Shown piece by piece: positions 1 to 10,047 of a stretch of 41,095 bases of DNA. The position numbers and the translations under genes are program-made. The stretch is from the NCBI GenBank assembly GCA_023645945.1, contig JALAIB010000049.1, positions 1 to 41,095 of the forward strand. Direction: 5' to 3'. Each line of letters starts with the position of its first letter. The stretch's first letter is position 1. Below the pieces are notes generated by a model. The model did no database searches and had not been told where the DNA came from. It saw only the letters and a list, made by a program, of their open reading frames with translations. The stretch comes from Diploschistes diacapsis. Lineage: Eukaryota.

Positions 1-304
1 AAGTTTTGGGGGGGGGGAGTGAGAAGTGATTTCAGCGAACGTAAAAAATTGACCCCCATCATGTTTCAAGAATGCCAATTGTTTAAGCTGCAGCTGCGCA
101 TACCTCTCGTTATAATTGATATCGCTGGAATCACAATGTAAATCCACACAGCGTTGCGGTGCTCGATTCTGGCTACGGCGTGGTGACAAAGCTCTATATC
201 AACTAGTATGTTAACCATTTGGTGTCTATGAACGTCAATTACACTAATCCGAAAAAAATAGGCCAAGGCATTTTCCATTTCGGGCTGGAGAAGATGGATG
301 TGCC

Positions 305-3300
305 TCGCCATGACCGCGGGCAGTGCATGTAGATCAGGAGGATACCCTTGACCGTGTGCCCGGCGTGGGCCAGCTGGTGTCATAACTCGAAGGCGACGAA
401 GCAGCCGGCAGAGTAGCCTCCGATAATGCAGGGACCCGTGGAGTGCGCCTTGACCAGCGTGTCAGCGACTAGCTTGGCCACGTCCTCGATACCGACTTTG
501 CTGTTCATGCGCGAGGGGCACCGGAGGTGGGGCGAGTCGATGCCGTAGGTGACCTGCTTGGACTTGAAGGGCCGCAGGTCGATAAACGACGCTACGGTAC
601 CGGTCCCATCGGCCATCATGTATAGCAGAGTGTTGCTGGCCTTGGGGCGGCCCTGCAGCAGTATGATTCTGACGCTGGGAGTTGGCGACGTGTTGCTGTC
701 CACAAGCTCCGGTGCTGGAGACGACGGCTCCTCCTTCTCGACGTGGGACAGGCTTGATGCGGGGGAGACGAGGGCGAAGTGGTCGTCTGAAGTCGGAGGC
801 AACAGGGCTTCTTCAGCGCCGTCGGAAGGCGTCACGCTGGTATAGTTGGTGTCGGCGTCTTCCTGCCCACCACCGCCAAACGCGCGACGGAGGTCACCAA
901 TTGTGAGATACTTAAAGACAAAGGTGGCGGGCAGATCGACTCCCATCTCTTTGACGGCGGCAACGACCTCGATAGCCATGGTTGAATCGACGCCAATATC
1001 GGCCATCTATGTCGTCTGTGAACTCGGAAGGGTCGCTTCCGGTCGCAGTGGCGAGGCTGTCGAGGATAACCTGGAATCCTCCAGTCTTTGGAGTCTCCTC
1101 TTCCTTGTTGTTGTCCTGCGCTTTACTCGCCCGCTGTTGTTTCATCGGCACCGTGGTCATGGCAGCAGACAGATTGTCATGGATCATCTTGCTTTCCTTG
1201 ACAGTAGGCAAGGAAAGCGACTTGGAAATCGCCTCTTGGGGTCCTGCAGCAGCAGCGTGTGGCCGTGTGCCGAGGATATGGCGCCAGGTGGTCGTCTTAA
1301 ACTGCTGGTAGCTCAGGTCAACGGCCTGCATAACGATCCTGGACGTCTGCGGGTCGAAGACGTAGGCGACACAAAAGGCCGTGGTTCTTACCCACCGCGA
1401 GATGCGCGTGTACGTCAGGTACTCCTTGTTGGGGTTTGATAGGGGCCAGCTGCTCGATGCTGTCGTAGCCCATAAGGGCATAGTTCAACTGCGGCGGCGT
1501 GTTCGGGTTCCCGTTCACCATGAAGCCCGCCATGTGCAGTAGGGCCTCGCCCTAGTACGGTGACGAGGTGAACAGCGTGCCCGCCGGGTCGGGTTGGACT
1601 TTGATCGTCGTGGCGGCTTCTTGAAAGTCGCCGGCGACGTACGCCTCCTGGACGCCGCGGAAGTCGGGCGAGAACTCGACTGCATTGGCGAAGAGCGCGA
1701 AGAAGACGTTGGACTGCATCCGGTGGCCCGATTCCTATTTGGAAAGTCGGATCCGCTCGTCCATCTTGGTCTTGATGAAGAAGGACAAGCGGTCCAAGTC
1801 GGCCTGGGCCTTGTCAGGGTTGCGATACTTAACTGTCACCGATCCGAGATCGTAGGATTCGCTGCTCTTGGAAGTGGCCTTGAACGTGGCCAAGACGACG
1901 TCGGCGGACGCGCTCTCCATGGTGGCTGTGGTCAGCAGGTCGCCGTCGATGCCGACAAGATCCCGAGTTAGCGGGGCGAGCAGCTTGGGGTCGTAGAAGG
2001 TCAGGTGGGAGGTTGTCATGCCCGTCTTGCTGCCGCTGTATTCGAGGCCATAATTGGCCACCGTCGCAGTGGCGTCGCAAAAGACAGTCCCCGAAGCAAG
2101 CCCGGTCTGCTGCATCCTGTGGCCGTCAATCACGCCCATGAAGCCATGATCGGAAATGCCAGCTCGGAAAGTAATTTGAACCTGGCATTCAAGGGTCAGG
2201 GCTTTATAGACGAGGTACTGTGTCGCCGTGGGGCTCGGACGAAACTGTCTTGGCAGCAGCAGCAGCAGCAGGAACCAGCGCGCCGCTGTTCTTGTCGGTG
2301 TGTGTAATCCAGTAGTCCTTAACGTCCCACGCATATGTCGGGAGCGCCAGGCAACTCGAGGCTGCTCTCGTATGGCGTGTGCAGCGCGAGCCAGTCCATG
2401 TCGACGCCGCTCGGCTAGGCCGCTACGAGGGTCTTGGAAACGGATGCCCAGTTGCTGCTGTTTGCGTCGGCGAGAGTGTGGACCGCACAAACGAGGTGCA
2501 TACCGGGCCGGGGCCGATCTCGAGCCAGACAGGGTCGTCGTTCTTGAGCACCAACTTGACGGTGCTGAGGCCCCCGCCAAAGTCGACCGTCTGCCGCCTC
2601 TGCTGCGTCAGGTAGTCCTCGCTGAAGATACCCAGCACATCGACAACGGACGCGAGCAGCGTCGACGCCACGGGAATCTTGGGCGGCAGGCAGGTCACGC
2701 CGCTGGCGAGGGCCTTATGGTCGGCAGAATGGCTGCCATCTGGAAGGAGTGGAACGCGAACAGCATAGAGAGCATCTTAGTGCGCGTATGGCGTCCTGGG
2801 TGATTATGTTTGTTCGGATGCGTGTCAGATCCTCGGCCATCCCGCTGATGACGGTGGCGATGGGACTGTTGATGCATGCCACCCCGCAGGAAGAGTCCCG
2901 AGCCGGGCGAGGTGGTCTCGTACTATTGCTGCCGACGCCGAAACCGAGAGCATGGCGCATGAGTTGGGCTCGCATCGCTGGAGCAGTCAGGCGCGCTGGC
3001 CAACGCGGTACAGCGTGTCGGTCAGCAAGAGGACCCCCGCCACGTGCAAGGCCGCCCAGACTGTGGCCTGTGACCATAGCGGCCACGATGCCTGCCCAGC
3101 ATGGCCAGAAGGCCGTGAGGGCAATCTGCAGCGCGACGGCGGCGAGCTGGACCTGCGCGGCGTTCTTGGTGGACATGCCGACGGCGTCAGTGGTGATGAT
3201 GTCCAGAAAGAGCGGGAACTGGTGGGAAGCGCAAATTGCCGCACACTCGTCGGCCATCTTGCGGAAAACGGGGCTCGTGCGTTACAGCTCACTGCCTATG

Positions 3301-5911
3301 CCCACGCAGTGGGAGCCCTGGCCGATGAAGACGACGACAACGCCAGGGGTGTGCTGATTTCTTGGTCGAGCTGGTGGCGCGCTGGATCTCGCCTCGAGCT
3401 TGGAAACGGCCTCTTGTACCGTCAGAGCCGCGAGCGCGAACCTAACGGGGTGATGTACTTCTCGGCCCGTCTTCGAGTAGGCTACGTCTTGATCGGGCGT
3501 TGGGGTTGACGCGGAGCCACGCGGCGAGTCGACGCATGTTGGCGAGGTGCGATAAGGGCGTCTTGGTTGAGGTTGCGATGACGTGACTTGATCGGGCGTT
3601 GAGTTCTATTTGCCTAGTGGGCCTAGCCAGATCTTGCTTATACTCTTCGATGAGAACGCCTGCGTTGCCGCCCTGGAGATATCAAAGATTGCGTGATCGT
3701 CTTGTCAAGAAAGCAGCGTGTGTTTGGGAGGGAGGGAAAGGGGGACTTGCCGCCGCATCAAAATTGTTAATAAGAATGCGTTTCGGCTTACCATCCGCCG
3801 CTTCAAACTCGGCTGACTTGGTGGGGATCATAATGCTGCTATCGTCTCCCAGAATCTCCAAGATGTTGGGGCTCATGGCGTGTGGCATACCGGCCTGGGG
3901 GGATATGATGCCCTTTTGAAGCATGAGAACGCTTTTGAGCACCGAGGATATTCCGGCAGCCTAAGATAAAATACCACAAGTCAGCGTCTACCAGGTTTCC
4001 CTTCAATTACTAGGTCTACGTTAGATGCTCATTTCGAGGAACTCGCCGCTTCGCTGTGGCCAATATGTGCCTTGATGGCTCCTACTGGCAAAGGCTTCCC
4101 ATCTGGTCTCGGCAAAAAGACCTTTGAAACCGCCCCATTTCTGCCTTGTCTCCGACCCGGGTCCCTGTCCCATGGATCTCAATATACGAGACATCATTGG
4201 GGTCCAGTCGCGCGTTCACGGAGGACCTTTTTGAGAGTCGTTCCTGGGCATTGGTGTCGGACGTTGTGGTCCGTCGTTCTTGTCTGGCCCGCAGAGTAGC
4301 CGGCCGCCTGGAGGGCCTCGTATGCGCTCATAAGGAAGTGCCGGTGGACCGGTTCTATCAACAGAGCCTCGCGCGGCGCGATGTGGAAGAACTTGGCGTC
4401 GAAGTGGCCTGGATTCTTCATAAAGCACCCATGCCTACAAGTCATGGTGCACTTGCCCGGGCCGTATTTGGCACAGAAGTACTCGTCCAGGTCCATGACG
4501 TCGGCGGGAATGTCTGGGTGGCAGTCTTGGCCCGTCACGATGACGTTCCAAAACTCGTCCATGTCCTCGCTGTTGGGCCCTTTGCCTGACATGCCCACGA
4601 TGGCAATAGCGCCTTCTCGAACACCCTCGCCCTTGCTTAACGATGACTGCAGGTCATCCTCGACCAACACATGTCTTGTCGCTTTGAGAACACCAACAAT
4701 GTACGCCGCGTGGCCGCTAGGGCCAATCATCTTGACGTCGAAATAGTAAGACGACGTCCCGAGGTAGGCGTTGAGCTTGCCCACGATCTTCACAATACCC
4801 AAGCGTTGCGACAGGGTCTGTAACGCCGCAACCCTCAGCAGATGACCTCAGCTGGAGTAAGTGGTGTTGGCGTTATCGCCAATCATACCCCGTCCTATGA
4901 ATCCCGGGCGAAACCGCGTTCCAAGAAGGTGGAGTTCCCCGACAACGTAGTCCATGTCGGCCGTGGAGACTTCGATGGTATGCTGCAAGCCGCGGATGGC
5001 GGTCAGCTCCTTATTGGGGGGTTTCTTCAACTCAGGACGCTGGCCAAAGACGAGCTCCAAGACCGAAGGCGGTCCTATGACGGTGTTCCAACGGTCTGCT
5101 GTTAGCAAACCTTGGCTCTTTTGGAAGAGGGGAGGCCCTGATCATAAGTTGTCACAGATTAGTATGTCACGATCAAGAACTCTTTCAATTGTCCCAGAAC
5201 TTGCATACGTGCGTAATACGACCCCAATGGGAGGCTATGGCATGTTGGAACTGCTCGAGTTATCTTTTCGAGCTCATCTACCGCGATACCCAAGACAGCC
5301 CAGCCCCAGACTCCCGGGCGGTCCTCCTTGGCTCTTGACCGCGCAAAGATGAGGCTGCAGAATCGGACCAACACCCGACCGGCCTCGATGGAAGAATCGT
5401 ACAGAGTGTTGAAGTTTGTCGAGATTGGCACGGCAACAGCGTTCCATAGACCGCCAGAGATGCCAACCAAGTGCGTCTCGGGCCTACCGTCCTCACCTCG
5501 GTGGAGCACCTGTGGCTCGTGGTTCGCAGTCCTTCAATTCGGGACGGTCAGGTCAGCCAGCAAGCAGAGTCAGAGTCAGCGTTATAGGGAGGAGAGGAGA
5601 GGAGAGGAGACCCAGTCTAATAGCAGGACCGCTCTCACGGCGTAGGGAAGCATAGCGTGAACTAGGCCACCTGGTCGCTCGAACGGCGATATATCTGAGC
5701 GAGTTCTTGGAATTTGGAACAAGCCCCGAAGCTCTTCTGCAGGAAGCTGTCCATGCCTCTCACCTCGGCCTTGAAGGCAGAGAAGAAGTCATCCAAGAAG
5801 GATTGGAGCCATGGCGTCGTTGTGGCCTGGCCAAAGACACAGTCCATGCCATCAACCCATGTGTCTGTGAGGTCCGAAAAAGGGAGGACAGTGGGGATGT
5901 GTTAGGCCCAT
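305..5911 (-). pseudogene. Non-reducing polyketide synthase pseudogene (SAT-KS-AT-PT-ACP-TE), benzenediol-lactone (curvularin/RAL) NR-PKS type
   Basis: Domain fragments lie in the correct order across many frames: SAT with GISGG (~5450-5464); KS start AIAIVGMSGKGP...HFDAKFFHIAPREALLIEPVHRHFLMSAYEAL; KS end IKAHIGHSEAA/AGISSVLKSVLML; AT FIGQGS...GHSLG...AFHS...WLEIGPGPVC; PT GHRMQ (His codon 2119-2121) ...SPY*GEALLH; ACP DIGVDS; TE GGYSAG. In-frame stops at 380-382, 1552-1554 and 1735-1737. Frameshifts at e.g. ~1006, ~1432, ~4170 and ~5665. A large KS deletion at ~4262. TE similarity ends at ~305. Likely start ATG at 5911. Confidence 0.93.
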
Positions 5912-7575
5912 GGTGGTTGTTGCTTGCCTTTTTGGATGGGATGGGACGAGATGGTCTGGATGGGCGTCGGGGCGGGGCGATGATGAATCGCTAAAGACGG
6001 TGAACAAAACAGGCAATCAAGGGCACGAAGGGGGCATAGTATCTGGGAGTGAGAAGCCTTCTCTCCCCTACATCTTAAGTATCTTCAACCGCAATGCAAA
6101 TGTTCCGGGTCAACACCAAGCGCTTAATATTTAACGGAATCTTATTCCCAATTATATTGAGTTGATAACGCTCCGCCGTACCTGAAGCGTCTCTTTTCGC
6201 GTTGTTGTTTTTCCCAGTCTTATCTTGCTTTGTTGATGTATTACATCAGCTCACCACCTTGCGGGATTCACGCCTCGCAAGATTTCTTCCCCCATGTCAG
6301 GCTGAGGTACTTTTGCGTTTTGTTAACCGCGCTTCAATCACCATTTGCCTTCCGATCTGGGTTCAATGCCCAGAGATAAGCTTGCGCAGATTATTCGAAA
6401 GTCAGTTCAAGCCCCCAGTCACGAGTCGAACCCTGAAACAGATAGACGACTTGAACTTCAGGAGGGAAAGTTTTCCTAGATAGGGAATGAGGTTGGGAAG
6501 ACGAAGGAAACTGCTCAACTTAAGCTTCGAGGTAATGACGCTTTTCGTCTTGTTTGTCACGTGAATGGAATAGACCAAACGGAAGCATCAGAGACATTAG
6601 AGACATCAAACCTCCACATCCGAAGACAACAAAACAATGGGAGGCGATACTGAGCACTTTGAATATCAGGGGGAAACCCCCTACACCCCATTTTCACCTG
6701 AATATTATAATAAGATCTCGGGCGGCATAACTTTCAGGGGAGACTTGAGGCTTCATGCAGTCTTGTCGTCGCTCGGCAACAAGTAGGCCATCCCTAAGAG
6801 TAACTTGATCTTTAATTGATGTTGCGTGGAGATTGTGGCGTAGCGGGCTGGCCAATGTCTCGCTTTAATGGTCATGTTGGCAATTTTGTTTTTGTCTTGG
6901 TGGTGTGGCCTTGGTGGCGGCGACGGTGGATGCGCGGATGGCGGAGAAGGCGGTGGTAGAGAGGACTTGTCGCATTGTAAATTCCATTAGGGGTGATGCA
7001 GGGCCGGGAGATGGTAGAGATATGTTATATGCAGACTGGTAGGAGGAGATGGATACCAGTGTTGTAACATGGGATGGAAGGTGTGCTATGGTGAGTTGGG
7101 TCATTTCGGTCACATAAGTAAATTACAAGCAATATCTACATCGGCGCAACAGACATCGTGGATGCCTTTCGTAGATACTTTTGAGTGAGCTACGCAATCT
7201 AGTTTTTATTTGAATGAGCTTATTGTTGCTTAGGTACATCCAATCCCACCAAATTTATCACACTAACTCGGTACTTCAGGTACATTATAGCCTAAAGTCA
7301 CGATAGAGACGCCGAAAAGCTGCTAGATACTCACCGCAGATACTGCAGGGTATCCTATAACCCAATATTTTGAACGACACTACCAGAAAGAGCCTGTGAA
7401 TAGACAAGAAATGCGCTTGCTCTACAAGCTGTCTTTAGCAGCGTCGACACCATTACTGTCGTCCGCTGTTCTAAACTCCGACCGACGTCCGGCATCTACG
7501 CCTGCTTTGTAATTGAAATCTACGCTCGACCTTTTAAGTTAACGTTGCTAACAACTAAATCCGAGGAAAGGGGTA

Positions 7576-7719
7576 ACGTGTTTCACCAGGAAACGGAACG
7601 GGGTAGTGTAGTTGAGAACAGATTTAGCTTCGTACAAATATGGAAGCGCTCGATCTAGCGCAATTACATTATTGTAGTGTTCCGCTTGGTGGTGTGTTCC
7701 GTTTCGTGGTGAAACACGT
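7576..7719. mobile_element. 144-bp MITE, probably of the Tc1-mariner/pogo (Fot1-like) superfamily
   Basis: 24-bp terminal inverted repeats: ACGTGTTTCACCAGGAAACGGAAC (7576-7599) and GTTCCGTTTCGTGGTGAAACACGT (7696-7719), one mismatch. Flanked by TA on both sides (7574-7575, 7720-7721). No internal ORF. Confidence 0.8.
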
Positions 7720-8117
7720 TAAACTGCTTCTGATTTAAAAAAATACGAGTAATGGCGTTTTTGTATTGTTATGATCTCTAGTATTATCTACCCAGATATT
7801 TGCCGTAAAAACCCAATCACCGACCGGTATCGAAAGTAATGGAAAGTGGCTAGCCATCTTAGGATTAGACTAGGTTATCGAACCTGGAATGAAGAATATT
7901 CGGTGTCAGCAGTAGGAATCGAACTCGCGACCTTCGAAAAGGTCTTTGTGCTAGGCGTTACCTGACTTCCTCATGAGGTTAGGCTCTTTGGCATAACTGA
8001 AAACTTCAGACAGCCAAGAGTGCCAAAGCAAATACACAACGTCTTGTCTCAGGACAAACCCATTGAGTGAAATAAATCAACTCCATAGTCGGCGGCGTAA
8101 TGCCTCCGTCGTCCACA

Positions 8118-9366
8118 TCATTCGGCTTTCGCGATCCACACAAACTTGGGAAACATGACAGCGGCGCCGCGGTGTACTTCGGCCTGCGCCAGAGCCAGGG
8201 CGTCCTGAGCATGCTCAGTGCTTCCAAAGATCATGCTTGCAAATTCCTCCCAAGATTGCATGTACCTGGATACCTCTGATTAGTCGCGATATATGATGGG
8301 ATGGACTGAAATACGAAACTCACATGTCGTGCCAGAACCGCGCCATGGTCGGGTCATATTGATAGACATACAGTTTGGAGTCGCGGAAACCGCTATTGTT
8401 GAGTGTCGTCGGCAGCAGAGCTTTCCAGCTTGGCATCTGTCAGCAAGAAGAGCTTGTCGGGGTAGAAGAATATCGCACTCGTCTCTTCCCCTTGAGGACT
8501 TGGGTATTTTAAAGGTCTTGAAGAGGTTCTCGAGGGCCGGCGTCGGCATGTCGGGATCCTTGCTGTGGATATAGCATCCCAAAGTATCTATCTCGTCCCA
8601 CTGCAAGTATCCCCCAGGCTCTGGAAGAGGGTCAGTTCTACGATGAAGATTAAGTCCCTGCGGGGCCGATACTCACTCAGCAGCTTCCTTAGATTCCGAA
8701 CGAGCGGGATCGGATCGTTGTTCTTAATGACTAAAGTCACCAAACGAACATGGACGATGTCGAACTGTCCCATGTACTTCGCTGGCGGATCCTGGAACAT
8801 ATCCCAGCGATGCATTTGGATATTTGGGTGATGAAAGCCAGACGCCGGTGCCTGCTCGAGACTAATGTCGAAACCGTCGAAACGCACCGTTGGTGGCAGA
8901 TTAGCTGCCATGTCGGCTAGCCATAGCCTGTGCACACGGGTCAACGCAAGTTTACTCAGAGGATCCGTCCTTCTTGGGGCCTTACCCTGTCCCTGTAGCA
9001 ACATCTGCTATCCTCATGCCTGGGCACGGTTCCGGTATTTCGGGATGGATATTGAACTTTAGAAGATTTTTCCAGAGGAAGAATTGTAGGTTGAGGCTTT
9101 TGCATTAGTCAGCCGTGCCAATCGTCCAACCATGCATCCTTGAGGAAGAGCACGAACCGTGAACTGCCTTGCCAGTCTCTTTTGAGCACATACTCCTTCG
9201 TTGCTACCGCTGGAGGAGAAGCAGTGTTGGAATCATGCTCAAGCTTTCCGGTTGGGGTTGGCGCGCTCTCAAAACCCGAACTTGACTCGCCTTCCTCAGT
9301 GCTCTTCTCCTTTTGTATAAGAGAGTTGGCGCCAAAGCAGCCAAGCAGTGTCTTCAAGAACGCCAT
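8118..9366 (-). CDS. Class I SAM-dependent methyltransferase (SirN/GliN-like fungal family), 6 exons
   Basis: Spliced reading MAFLK...YVLKRDWQGSSRLNLQFFLWK...IHPEIP...RIADVATGTGLW...DGFDIS...FDIVHVRL...LLKPGGYLQWDE...WIAKAE*. Five GT-AG introns with branch sites. No internal stop in the spliced model. Confidence 0.85.
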
Positions 9367-10047
9367 AACGGAAATGAAAGCAGAATGTGTTGCAAAGTAA
9401 AGGTGGAATGAGAAGAGACAGAGGGAGACAGCTTGAAAACAATGGGGGACTGTCAAATGCTGCCATATTGCGTTACGCCCTAGCCTGCTCTACCAGATGC
9501 CTGTGCCGCCGCTAGTCTGGTAGCTGTCCCTCTGCTGTTCAGCTCCCTATTTCTGATCTGTGCGGTTGCCAGGGGAAGATGAGTTCGGACAACTGGAAAG
9601 GCTCACTCTTTTTGGAACAGTGCGTCCGCGTCGATCGAGGTGGTAAGCAAACAGCTTTCCTAGTAAAGTTACTAGAACGGTATGGAAAACTATCTACTTG
9701 TTCGGGTGTATGGTACCCGTATCCTGATATGCTCTAAGAACTGGGCTCCTTGCAGTTTATCGCCCTGCATTTCGCAAGCCGATAGCTTCAAGCCCGAGCC
9801 TCGCGCTCCGACCTTTGGGTCATTATCAAGGGTGAAGAAGCCCCCCCTCAAGTCCCAGGTTCGCGAGATTAGCTACTACAATGTTATAATAAACAATAAT
9901 TTAATGGTCGGGTCTCTTCTAAAGAAATATTTGGTACCATTGATTAGATCTAATCCGAGGCCGAGAGAGATTACAGCAATCTTGCTCCACCAAAAATGTT
10001 AAATAGCAAATGGTACTCGTCGCACTGTAGCTGGAAGAAGCCCTGCA

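Noticed and set aside
3488..3601. 15-bp direct repeat CTTGATCGGGCGTTG (3488-3502, 3587-3601) as a target-site duplication
   Set aside because: The sequence between the copies reads as normal PKS KS-AT linker (NARSSHVIATS...NPNAR..DVAY), so it is not an insertion.
380..5700. Programmed frameshifting or stop read-through rescuing the PKS
   Set aside because: There are too many independent lesions, plus loss of the KS active-site region and the TE C-terminus.
549..5994. Many plus-strand ORFs of 60-200 aa
   Set aside because: Antisense shadows of the GC-rich PKS relic, with no independent motifs.
6669..6690. AGGGGGAAACCCCCT hairpin
   Set aside because: An isolated short palindrome with no partner terminus or repeat context visible in the window.
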